Positions 33,722-46,738 of a DNA stretch of 64,000 bases are shown here, one piece after another. The notes under the pieces are model-generated. The model ran no database searches, was not told the origin of the DNA, and saw only the letters and a list, made by a program, of their open reading frames with translations. Numbering within the stretch: the first letter of the stretch is position 1; each line of letters starts with the position of its first letter. The translations under genes and the position numbers were made by a program. This DNA is from Chrysomallon squamiferum (Eukaryota > Animalia > Mollusca), in the NCBI GenBank assembly GCA_012295275.1, contig CM022679.1, positions 3,782,001 through 3,846,000 of the forward strand, read 5' to 3'.

Positions 33722-34876
33722 TCATTTGTTTACAGTATTTATGATATCCTCTTTCTTATCTCTATAAATAATAATAAAGACGTTTGTAATAAATCGCAAA
33801 GAAAATTGTGAATATTTCGGCTTATTCACGGACGAAATAAATAATTTCATAACAAATATTCATAACAAATCATCTACCGGAATTCATAGTCATGTGTACA
33901 AAAAAACTATGACAACAGGATTATATTCAGATTATGTTCCAGATTACTAAAATATTTGATTGTAATTCTGAATCTTAAAGAAATAAAGATATACGAACAT
34001 AAGAATTTCTAAACATGGAGATCCTCCTTCCATCTGATCTTTGATGGCCTTTAACAGAGGCCATTTGCCTTTACCACAGAACTTTCCGTTAAAGTCATCA
34101 AGATCTAGAGCCCAGATCATAACTCCTCCAAAACCATACTGTTTTGTATAGCATACCTGTAACGCGTTAGGAAGAATAAATGTATATAGATGTAGATGTA
34201 CACTCATATACGTATCTGTGTGCATGTGTGTATGTTCACACGTCGAATGTGAGCAATAATTAAAGGAATAATCAAGTAAAATTAATATTACAGATAGAGA
34301 GATAGAAAGATAGACAGATAGACATACAGTCAGACAGACAGATACAGATATATAGATACAAATAAAAAGATGATGACTAGATAAATTTCTCTATTTTCGG
34401 GCACTGATAAAATATAGCTGCATAGAAGAGAATTATATTTTTCTTCGTTAAATTACTTGTTATTTAGACAAACATACACATAGAAGACACACACACAAAT
34501 TGTTCATTTACATTTTTTATGTTTAACTGCTGGTTTAAATGTTAAAAAAAATAAAAATAAAAATATTCTGAAATATTTTCAGTAAAAAATAACAAATTAA
34601 TTTTTTTAAAGAAATATTTTATTCTGATGTACAGGATAAACAGATCAGTACCCGAGAATTACCACTGTTGAGAGTTCAGATATAAAACAGTTATTTTCAT
34701 TTATTTTTATATTATTTAGGATTTGAACATAAAAGAAATAACTGGTTACTGTCTTACGATATCAGCTTTACCATGCTCCGCACGAATGCTCCTTTGCAAC
34801 TCGGCATAGCCACGCGACATATCGGCATTCTTACCTTCGCATGATGAAGCTGACAAATGAAGACTGCAGTTGTTAT

Positions 34877-34919
<43 letters not shown>

Positions 34920-35524
34920 TTATTTACAGAAAATATTTTGTTTTCATAGTGGCGTAATTTGTTTTGTCCATTTTGAAGACTTCGCAAAAAATAAAAAATA
35001 AAAAATAAAAAATAAAATTATTTAGAATTTTATCACAAGCAGTTTATTGTTGTCAAAATAATAAAAAGAAAAGAACAAATAAGAGAACAAAGGTAAAGAT
35101 AATACGAAATAAAAATTATATACCCTTTAAATATCCATTCATATTCAACCAGACTAAAATGGCATAGTTTAGACTGTTTTCGAAGTCTTGATAAAAATGT
35201 TATGAATTTTAAAATATAAATTTTGAATAATCCGATGGAAAAGCGTACCTTAGTTCTAATAGTTTTATCATTTTCATATGCTGTCCATTGATTTCCTTGA
35301 ACCATGTAGAAAACCTTTCCATCTTTCAGGTATATCTCCTTGGTGGATTTATTCTTCATGTTGCATATCTAATTAATTTAATATTTAAAAAAGGAAAAAA
35401 GTCAAAAAAGAAGTATTAGTAAAATAAATTAGAACAGTAATAATAAAAACGTATCTCTCGCTGAAAGTAAAAGAAGTAAAATAAAAGAACAGAAAAACCA
35501 AAAAATTATTCCGGGTATTGAACA

Positions 35525-35561
<37 letters not shown>

Positions 35562-35786
35562 CAAATTATAACTCGTGAAAAAAACAACAACACACAGCTA
35601 AAAAACAAATAAAAAATTAAAAAATCACAATTTCGTATTACACATAATGAAAAAGTAATAAGTGAATGAATTTAGATTTAAATAAATAAGTATGATCTTT
35701 CTGCATATACACACACACCTACAGACAAATCTGTATGTCTTAAAAGTTTGTTTTTTTTAAAACTAAAAAAATATATAAATAAAATT

Positions 35787-35817
<31 letters not shown>

Positions 35818-37436
35818 AAAAAAAAAAATTATATATATATTATAATCATAACGTCGATAAAAAGAAAACATGAATCAATGAATGAATACCAAAATATCTC
35901 ACCATCCTCACACAACATCCAACCCACCTCGTAATGTGCCAGAAATCCATCAGTTTGAGTGTACAAACCACGTCTTCCTGGAATAGCAGGCGCTTTTAGA
36001 CCAGTTTCGTTTGATGTGAGAGTAAACGATCGACCGTAGAATGCTAGACCCAGATTTAACTTTTGTTTAGGACATGGAACAGACACCCAAGATTGCATTA
36101 CAAAATGCTGATAAAATAATTCAAGAGGAACAAGAAGAATTCAAAAACAAAATTAATTACACCGGCTTCGTCCCCACCCCACCCAATCCCTACAAAAAAA
36201 AAAAAAAAAAAAACTATCGCTCATTTATTATATTTTAGACATTTTTGTATAAATGTGGAACCAGAGACTAAAATTAATCAACAGATTTGTTTATAAACAC
36301 TTTATTTTTCTAACAAATGATTTAAAAAATAATATAAAATGATTATCATTTTGCAGTCACTCGTTATAACAAATAGATAAGTATTGACTCACAGCAGAGT
36401 TTTTGTCAGAATGGTACTCACGTGTCCAGTAATGTCATCCCACTTTCCGCGGAAGTCATAGGTGTAAACATTTATGAAATCAGCGTTTCTAAAAAGTATG
36501 ACCTTTTGTTTTGTTTTTTTCAAATAATAGCTTCAGATAACAAAGGTATATTTTTGGATCAAATTATTGAAAGAAGCATGTATCATCATAATTATTAAAT
36601 ATATGTCAGTCTAAAAGTTTATGTTTTATTTCTTAATCAGCTCGTTTTGACGCATTTTAAGATTTCTCCCGAAGTTTTAATGGAATTATTTTTCGTTAGT
36701 GTAGTCGGAGAATGGTTTATCACAGACTGAGATACGTTGTGTTGTGTGCATACAAATGACAGCTTACTTTAATGAAACAGAATTCTATCTCGAATTAGTC
36801 ATATATTAAATTCCTTACGCCAGGCACGTGATAACCATTAATCTCAAAGTTTATTTAGACAAAGATGAATTTATATTCTTTTTTTTTTTTTAGTTTTTTT
36901 TTTTTTTTTAATTTTTTTTTTTTTTCATTCAGTGACGGATAATAATTTACTTGTCATGTTAAAAATTAAGTTAGTTACAATCCATTTTGTTTCTTTCGGT
37001 ATACAACCTGCATATGATGCCGACAACTTTACGCAGAACCCGAGTTTCAACTTCAACGTTTGTAGATACGACCAACAATAGTCTGCGTTTTTCCTTTCTT
37101 CGAATTTCTCCGTCAAATGCCGTTTTCAGTTGCTGCAGAAAGAAGATATATTTCAAATGCTCTTTATGGAATAATAATAACTTTATAGAAGAAATATCTT
37201 ACAAGACATTCGGTCATTTGTTTAGTTCGTGCTCATGTGAAATAATAAACATTACTCAGTAAGATGAGATGTTGTTCTAACATTCGACACTGAGAAAGTA
37301 AAATGTATGACGAGTTGAGCAGTGATAGAAATGGGTTTAGGAACTTGGGGTACGCTTAAATCCGTGGTGCTGAGGTAAGGAGAACGGTATAAGCCCAGCA
37401 AGAATGTTTCTTTCTTTCTTCTTTTTTCTGTTTTTT

Positions 37437-37487
<51 letters not shown>

Positions 37488-38898
37488 CTTTGTTTTTGTT
37501 GGTTTTTTTTTTTTTTTGACAATTAAAATGCAGTTTATTACTGATAATAGAAAAACTATTGAATTAGGATAGGAAATAGATAATTCAGTATTATATTCAG
37601 GCCTGTGTCATATTCAAGACGATCGCGTAAATGAGTCTAAATACTTTAGAAAAAAAGTGAATCGAATGTATAATGGACAAAAGTGTCTTACAGCAACCTC
37701 ATACAAAGACCACCTGATTATCTGGCTATTTTACCACATTGCAGGTTATCGAATAAACCTATTAATTCAGTTAAAAAATAATAATACTAATAATAAACAA
37801 AAACGATTTTGGTTTTGATTTTTTTTAAGGTTACTTAATATGTATGTTGTAATATAAGTGAGGTTCAAATATAATTACAGAAAATAATTTTTAATTGCAA
37901 AAAAAACTTGACAAAGAACTAATATAGAAATTAGATATAAACTGGAAACTTAAACGTATTCCAGTTTCGTCGGCCCCCGTATTCGGGTTAGGCTTTCGTA
38001 TGCTGGTATCAGGCTTCATTTAAAACCCCGGTAAAGAATACAACCATACAATGTACAGTGCATATTTTTGGAAATTAAAGACACCTGAAACAATCTGTCT
38101 GTTTGCCTTTAAATTTGAACTTGATTGTTTTAGAAAATGACTTTTTACCTTCATGGGTAAAGACTTACGTTACTTTCTGATTAAAATATTGTTTCAGTAC
38201 AAAATTAAAATGTGTTTAGATTATCATTAATCATTTGTCTTGCATGCAAATACCATTATTTCGTCTGAATACTGCTTTAGAAAGTGTTTGGGAAGCATTT
38301 AGTACCGTATAAATCTCATAATAGACGTTTTAATCCTGCATCAAAATTCGCGGTTTTTCGCTATTCGCGGGGGGTGCATTCCCGTTTCGTCATCCTTTAT
38401 GTCCCCAGAATAACCAAGGAAATTAAAGACACCAACAACGTGTGAACTTGATTTATGACTTTACCTTCACAAGACGAGCGAATGTAATCTTGTCTTGTGC
38501 AAATCCAGTTTCGTTTGAATACTGCCAGTGCAAATCGATCCCGTCGAAATTGTGTTTTCTTAAGAAAGTCACTGTTTCTTTACAAAAAGAACTGCGAGTG
38601 AAAATAGATGCAAACATGTTACCGCGATAGATTGTGTACTTGGTAAATCCATCAACAGCGAGAAGTGTTTGTACGTTGGAATAAAGCTGGAGAACTTTTT
38701 GAAATCGTTCGTACCTTCAAGTGAAAGAACAGTTAGTGATTTTAATTAAAATGTTCAGTGCACTATCTATTTCTACACTGGATACTGTGCAGCTTTTGTC
38801 TTATAAACATATCAACATTTTCTCATTTTTGGATTTTTATAATTTTTTTTTTTTTTTTTTTTTTTTTGTATCAAAATGTTCATCCTGTGATAATTTTA

Positions 38899-38934
<36 letters not shown>

Positions 38935-39442
38935 CACTTATATAACTCATTTGCAAAAAAAAAAGAATAATCCTGTCTGTTATGATTGGAAAAAAAAAAT
39001 GAAAAACGTATTAAAACTTTATTCACAATTTTTTTTTTTTTTTTTTCGTTTTCCTGCTACATATTTGTAATTTTAATATTATTTAAATTTTGGTTGATGG
39101 CGTATAAATTCAGATCATTCGAATCTCATCTAAGAATAATATTTCACTATTAGATGTCAACAGAATTACACAAATAATACTTTTATAAATTCAGAAATTA
39201 ACTAAAATCTACCAAATTAAACAGCATATATATTATGTAATTATGATAACCTACATTCCTCTGAACTCTCCAACGGATTCATCATTCCATTCGAAAGCTC
39301 TCAATTCAACTGTAAAAAGGAAATTAATTAGGTTTATTAATGACATCGTAGTTATTAATTTCTTTATATGCATTTAGCTATGCGGTGTGTCTGTGTCTAA
39401 ACATATATGTTGATATATACACCGTAAAATATTTTATTACAA

Positions 39443-39484
<42 letters not shown>

Positions 39485-40319
39485 AGCAAAATACTTTATC
39501 CATGCAAGTTGTATGATATCTAAGAATAATTTTTATTATGTGCCTCAGTTCTAATTTGTAGAGATTCAGTTTAGAATAGTTTGAAAAGTTTGTTTTTTAT
39601 CTATATCTAACTTTTATTTCTAGTGTCGAAATTCAGCTCTGCAAACGCATAAATGATATGGGTACACAAAGAAGGATCTATGTTTTCTGGTAAGAACCTT
39701 GCTTTTCCCTGTCTGTACTGAGCCCAGTTTGTGTAATAGCAAACAACCCGATAATCATCTAAACAAAAAAGAGGAAACAAATGCCAAAACAAAGCAAAAA
39801 TAGAAAATAAACGCTAAATACGTTGTAATTACTTAATGCCTTTTGTTAATATAACTTTTTAGAATTTTATCAAGCGAAGAAAATCTGATAGACGTAAAAA
39901 CAAATTTAAAAATAAAAATTTTAATCCTATTTCCTCTAATATTTGAAAATAAAGCAGAAAACGATGTTTAATAAACATTTATTTTAGCATAGATGATACT
40001 TATTTTGTAAGTAAACATACAGAACATTAGGAACCTCCTGCCTGAATTTGTTTTCTGTTATCAAACATTTTAGTAATAGAAAAAATATTTAAAAAACACG
40101 TTAAATACAGAATATCGCCGTAAACAATTATTTTGGATTCTGCTGCATAAAAGTATAATTAAGGGATACTTTCAAAATAGAACGAATGATATATTTGTAT
40201 TTATGTATGAATTAGTGCGTGCCGCAGATATATAATTTCATACTTTTACCTTCAGCTGATACGTTTATGAAAACAAGAAAAACAAACACAGATATTGGCA
40301 GCAAACTAATTTTAAACCA
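33722..40319 (-). CDS. GH18 chitinase-like protein (non-catalytic), copy 4; start codon mutated, exon-6 deletion, decayed last exon; possible pseudogene
   Basis: Exons ~40319-40250 (signal-like, ATT at the ATG-homologous position 40310), 39758-39612 ([14 protein letters not shown]), 39309-39255, 38714-38465 ([11 protein letters not shown]), 37132-37008, 36488-36422 or -36393, 36107-35928, 35368-35249, 34156-33999 and a probable terminal exon 33761-33722. Confidence 0.85.
38340..38385. mobile_element. Tigger/pogo-like terminal remnant in intron of copy 4
   Basis: aattcgcggtttttcgctattcgcgggggg resembles Tigger-type subterminal sequence. It is a short fragment only. Confidence 0.35.
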
Positions 40320-41471
40320 CTAAAAGCCAAAAAAAAAAAAAAAAAAAATTAAAGTTAAAAAAATAAAATCAATTCAATTAATTAAATAGTAAACTAGTTT
40401 TCTATTTAATTAAATATAATAAAATATCGAATTAATTAATTAATAGTTTTTAAGGTTTAATGTAAATATAATAAAATATCGAAAACAATTTTGCCAAATA
40501 ACTTTTGTCATTTCCCATTATTATATTCTTTCATGAATAGATTTAAATAATGAAATGTATTTGTATTACAAACAAGAAACGACACTAATGAATCTTCATA
40601 TTCAATGGACTTATCTATTACATTGTTAATTTTTTATACAACAAAGGAAAAGAATATTACTTAAAGTTATTTGTTAATACATTTTTGTAATGTAGATCAT
40701 CACAGAGTATTCATGTCTAAACTTTGTCCTTCGCTAGAGTTATCTGATGGAAGGACATGCAAAAATGGTTATTTTCCAGAGTACACAGAAATAACTGTAA
40801 CCAAGGTATTAGATTTTAAAATGTCATTAAATTTTTACGGAATTCACAATAAAATTCCTAATGACACATGAAAATGATACTAATTATTTCCTAGTTCCAT
40901 GTTACATGTAATAACAACAGAAAATATCCACCAATACCAATTTTTTAATTATTTGCTTTTCTCCTGTTAACTTACGTAACCTTTATTTCCAACATTGAGT
41001 TTCCAGTCTGTCAACGCACAGTGAACACAAAAAAAGATTCAGCGTTTTCTTCCATGAACTTTCCTTTTCCACGTTTTAACTTCGCCCATTTTCGTGGTAG
41101 CAAACAGTCAGGTAATCACCTAAAGAACATAAACACAAACACACACATCAGTATAAAATTATACACACACATATATACATCCTTTCATTCGTTTTTCTCT
41201 GTTTCTTCTAGTTTCTGTCTATTGTTTCAGCTGACTGATATACTTAGACACATTTTAATAGCTTTCAAATAACAGTCCCTTGGTCATAGTAACATAGTTA
41301 CTGGGGTTTCTAAAATTAATTAGTGTAAGGATATAAAAAAAATAATAATAAATATTTTTTTTTTAAATATTTGTCATTCGATATTATTTATTAAATTCAA
41401 ACATACTATTATTTTCAGTTAAGCTGTATAAAATGTTATGGCATTATTTATTAAACAAAGCCAAAATATCA

Positions 41472-41530
41472 TATTATTATTATTATTATTACTACTACTA
41501 CTACTATTATTACTACTATTACTATTATTA

Positions 41531-41566
<36 letters not shown>

Positions 41567-41620
41567 TCTTACTATAACTACTACCACTACTACTACTGCT
41601 ATTACTACTATTACTGCTAC
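41472..41620. repeat. Compound (TAT)n/(TAC)n microsatellite
   Basis: Directly visible. Confidence 0.95.
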
Positions 41621-41746
41621 ACGTTTTAATTAATATACAAAAACAAGTCTATAAAATGTTTGGTCCTATTTTTCACATCATTTTCATAAAAGCAATTTCT
41701 GCGATAGCTGAAGCGGCTATGGTACTGTGGGCCGCCTGAGTATAGA

Positions 41747-41797
<51 letters not shown>

Positions 41798-42070
41798 GTA
41801 AATAAGTAAATAATATTAACATTCGTAACACGTCTTAAAAATATAGTTTAAAATTAATTTGAAAATTTGTAAAAGTTATTAATATTCACCTTACATTCAA
41901 TACCCTCCCTATCAGATTAAAATAATATATTGTATAATTCACATTTCGCCGTCTAAAACGTGATTTTCTAGTGGCATGGATAAAAATACATTTGCCTAGA
42001 ATTATTACTTTTATACTTACATAACTTTGTACATAGATATAGCGCTTCCTTTTTTATTTATTTATTTATT

Positions 42071-42120
<50 letters not shown>

Positions 42121-42347
42121 AGATGTCTGCTGTTTTACTTCTTTTTTTTTTATATTAAACTATTTTGATTCTTATATTAATCAGTGGGTTTTAATTATTA
42201 TGTATCTAAGAGAAAATTTTATAAGATTTTTTTTTTAAAAAAAAAAAAAAAAATGAAATAAAGAAATAAATGATGTGCCGATACTCATTGGAATTAAAAC
42301 ATTATTACATCAGTATCACATCTGTGCAAAATACCTACATATAACGT

Positions 42348-42383
<36 letters not shown>

Positions 42384-42619
42384 AAAGTTTGAGACAAAAA
42401 TAAATTGTTATAAATTTTGTTTTTAAAAAAGTGTTGTCTATAATTTAAAAGGTACAAAACATACTCAGATTGTAGTAACTTAAAGGATTTAAAAGATATT
42501 GCATAAAATATTTCAATGCAAAAAATATCTTTTAGTATGGACCAACAGGAACGATAACTCGTGACGGCATGAATTGCGTCTGCTCCAAAAAATGGCTTCA
42601 ATTTAATGGGTAGAAATCC

Positions 42620-43320
42620 TGCCAGAAAACTCGTTTCTACTGGGTTCTGACACGGGAAACATAGAAAGCGAGAAAACCTTAATTCATTAATCTGCTTGAA
42701 AATTATACTTTCAGTTTATGCACGAATTTGCACAAAATTAATTCAGTTTAAAACGTTTGATTACGGTAAAAATGTAGTTAGGCGATGTGTTCTATATCAT
42801 GGGTTGGTAATATGAACAACCATTCGTACCTGTGGTAGTGAATATCAGAAAAAATACAGAAAGTGAACGTAAAATTGTTGAATATGGAGGTTTAACAACC
42901 CGATGTCGGTTTTCGAGCGCTCACGGAAATTTCCGACCTACATCCAAGATGGCGGCGCCTGATACCGGTGTTTATAAACTCATAAACATATATTCCTTCC
43001 AACTGCAGTCAATTCTACATGGATTATTGCAAGTTATTTGTTAAAATATATCATATAATCAATGCTTAGACAGGGGATAATAAAACAGATGTAATAATTA
43101 CTTTTTTTAATTATTTATTCACATTTTCAATGTCGTATTAAATGTAAAAGCAAAATAATCATAAATTATTTGGATGATTGCCCTGGTACATTTATTATTG
43201 TGCATGATACCAGTTTTTGGACAGAAGATTGAAAAAAAGAAAAAATATGAAAGGTCCATCAATCGGCCGTATAAAAAAATTAGTTAAACATTAATGTTTC
43301 ACTCGGTTTCGTTAAAATAG
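42620..43320. mobile_element. Probable non-autonomous DNA element
   Basis: GC-richer island containing caagatggcggcgcc and a short inverted pair ctcgtttcta/tagaaagcgag. Boundaries are uncertain. Confidence 0.35.
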
Positions 43321-43803
43321 CATTCATCTTCTAAAATCTATACTATAATGTATTCAAACAATGAGTTTCCTATTAGAATTTTTTTTTTTTTAAATCACTG
43401 GTCATGTTACTAGGATATTATTATTTAGCTTCGGTATAAATATTATTGAAAACAATCATGTTTTGCTATTTACTATAAAAAATAATTTTCGTTTGTAAAT
43501 ATGCTATGTTTTTAATTAGAATTTACCTTCTCAAAACTGTTCGATCTTTCTTGAGTGCCACGTGTAAAGCAACGTCAATGTGAAATAAAGTTGTTTCAAA
43601 TGGCTTACTTTATGACGCCATTATTTTATATATATTTATATATATATATTTATTATTATTATTATTATTATTTTTATTTCTTTTTTTTTTTTTTTTTTTT
43701 TTTTCAGTAGGTTATATCGTACGAATAATGACGTAATAGTGAAATACATTACTGAAAAATATGACGTATTCTCGAAGGAAGTAGGAATTCTAAATAAAAA
43801 AGC

Positions 43804-43845
<42 letters not shown>

Positions 43846-43964
43846 GTATATGGGCTTCTAATAAGATGTTCCAAGAAACATTCAACAATAACTTGACATA
43901 CAAAGCTGCATTGGTAGTATACTGTTTATGACTCATAAATTAAATAGTTTGAAATATCTGTTTT

Positions 43965-44400
43965 CACGTATGGGTTCTGACGCACCTTCGTTAAATAACA
44001 AGCGGGAATAATTTTTTTTTTAAAATAAGAAAATAAAAAAGTTAAGTCACATGGTCAAGATTTTGTTTACTGAAGCTTTTTTTACCTATCAAAGAAACCA
44101 ATGCTTCCTATTCGCATGTTTGCGTTATGATTAAACATTTAAAATAACCATATAGCTAAAAGTACTGTTTTTCATAAGGAACTTTTTAGCCATAGATAAA
44201 CAAACCCGTTTCTCTAAAGTTTCTCTAAAGTTCACAAAACATTGCGGTCAGCTGACAGTCAGAACAATATTAAGCAATTAGGCCACGCCCACTTCAATCT
44301 ATTTTTATGGAAGGCCAAATGAGTCACCAGTTCTTATTTAAGATGGGCTGTAATTTTAGTACACACGATTGTATTAAGTCAGGATCAAACGATGTTTACG
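43965..44400. mobile_element. Diverged inverted copy of the MITE found at 46090-46552
   Basis: Reverse-complement matches in the same order: caattaggccacgcccacttca, aatgcttcctattcgc, caagattttgtttactgaag, gacgcaccttcgttaaata. Confidence 0.75.
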
Positions 44401-44779
44401 TGAATATTAATTTTTAATATCATTTATTCAACATCAAGTCTGTTACGGATCATTTCTTGGTATTAATAAAATAATAATAAAATATAAAAAAAGTAGAAAA
44501 AGGTCCACAGTTATTGTTTTTTTTATATTTTCAAATTAGCATAGTGTTTTATACACGTATATAAAATAAAATACAATTTAAATAAAAAAATAAAAAATAA
44601 AAAAATAAAAACATAATTATTAATATTTCAGAATTCCAAAAAAGTCCCCCAAAATACTATCAGTATAATTCTGATGCATAGACACTATCAAACCGGGAGC
44701 GGCTCCGCTGTTTTCTTTAGAACAAGAAATAAAATAGTGTTGTCATGTTGCTTTGATGTCTGTAATGTATATGTTTACT

Positions 44780-44990
44780 TTCACAGAAACTGGATGGTCA
44801 AATGGCTCGGTTTTCAAACAGTACTTAAAGGAACACTTCATGAAGTATTATCAAGGGCGTGATCCTTCTGAAACCCTCCTTGTGTTACATGATGGCCACA
44901 AATCACACACATCACTTGGTATTACAGAATGCGCTAAGCAGCAGAACATTGTTCTTTCTGGCCTCCCACATCACACTAGTCACGTATTAC
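44780..44990 (+). mobile_element. DDE_1 (pogo/Tc5/CENP-B-like) transposase fragment
   Basis: TETGWSNGSVFKQYLKEHF..LLVLHDGHKSHTS..CAKQQNIVLSGLPHHTSHVL matches the DDE_1 motifs (GW, LLxxDGHxSH, LPxHTSH). It breaks off before the expected QPLD. Confidence 0.88.
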
Positions 44991-45909
44991 ACGATCACCA
45001 ACCTCAAAAGTGAAATCAGAACAGTTTAACGTGTAAGTCACATACTGAAAGAGCTATTATGGCGATATTAGTCACGTTATACAGTGTTTAGTAGATATCG
45101 AAATCACATAGAGAGTAGCTGTTGATATAATAAACAATACATATTTTTGTTTTTAATAATATACATACACACGCATTTAATAACAGTTTTTATTATTATA
45201 ATGGCAATATAATTATCATAATTTTACGTGATTATATCTTCAAAATAAATGTTATGTCTATGTATATCAGGCTTTCGACTTTCGTTCTTTCATTTTGTTA
45301 TATTAAACTCTGAAGTGAACAGACGTTTCTTAAGTTTATTCAGTAAGATATAAATGTACAAAAATAAAAACGTGCGGAAGTTAAAATAAATTTGCCCGCT
45401 TTTGATCGTAATGCAAGTTAAAGATTTTTGGATGCTTTATTATTCTCTTTCATGTAAATAAAAACACATACAGACACAAAGACGTACATACACATGCATA
45501 TACACATATATACAAACATATACGTATATAAGCACTCACATTTATGTATTTTATGTTTGAGATAAGTCATTTAGACTAATAAATATTGTAGAATGATATA
45601 ATGAACATTTAAATACATTTAAACAAATAATAACAATTGTGAAGCAATATAATTTTTATATTTCAAAGTAATTTTTATCATTATATAAATTTAGCATTAA
45701 CATGATTAAGAAATACAAGGCTTGCATCTGTGTATGTATGTTAGCATGCATTTATATATGTGTATATGTACGAACATATACATGTATCGATGTATGTGTC
45801 TACGTATGTGTAAATGTGTATGTATGTATGTACGTACGTACGTGTGTATGTGCGTGCGAGTGTGTCTGTACGTATGTACATTATTTAAGCAACTGAAAAA
45901 CAGCAGACA

Positions 45910-46706
45910 TAATTAGTGTGAGTATGAATTTTATAACCTGACATTGTAGTAGTTTACTCGCAACTTCTAAGAAAACTATGAGATGCGAAATGTGCATTTT
46001 TGTCAAAAATAACATTAAATTGCAGCTTAACGAAGAAAAACAATAAAAATAAACAACAGAAAATAAAAACACGTTGAATTACATATATCCTCGTGGTATC
46101 GGTTTTGACGCAGATAATCAACAGTCTCGCCTTGTGCAGAAATAACGATGTTTTTCTTGTTATTATTGATAGACATAACTTAATATCTATACATGATTAA
46201 AATATAAACATTAAATTGAGTATATACTGCGAGTTTTTGTTTGTTTCTAGTTACTGTGTAACATTCTTACTCTTTTAACACGTAGAACGTCTGAGCTACT
46301 TCCTTAAAAATAGACTGAAGTGGGCGTGGCCTAATTGTATGACAGTTTTCTATCTGTCAGCAGACGGCGATGTTTTGTGCAGTTTGTGAGTGAAATTTTG
46401 TAGATACGGGGAACTGTTTATGTATGGCCAAACACGCGAATAGGAAGCATTGCTTTATTTGGTAAGTAGAAGAAAAACTTCAGTAAACAAAATCTTGTCC
46501 ATGATTATGCGCACTTGCTATTTAACGAAGTTGGGTCAAAACCTATACCGAGACTATATATAAAAAATGTCATCATGGAAACACAGGTTCGTCGTTTTGT
46601 TCATTAATACATAAACCTTTCAAAAGTATAATATGGCAGCAACAATAAAAAAAAAATAATAATAAATAAAAATAAATTAATTAATGAGTAAAAATAAATA
46701 AACAAA

Positions 46707-46738
<32 letters not shown>

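Noticed and set aside
34754-34880. GC-richer intronic island possibly derived from a mariner transposase 5' end
   Set aside because: The resemblance is too weak and short, and I found no TIR.
43965-46552. Inverted MITE copies as long TIRs of an element carrying the DDE_1 fragment
   Set aside because: The right copy is an independent insertion inside the tetraspan flank (empty site near gene C), and the two copies are considerably diverged.
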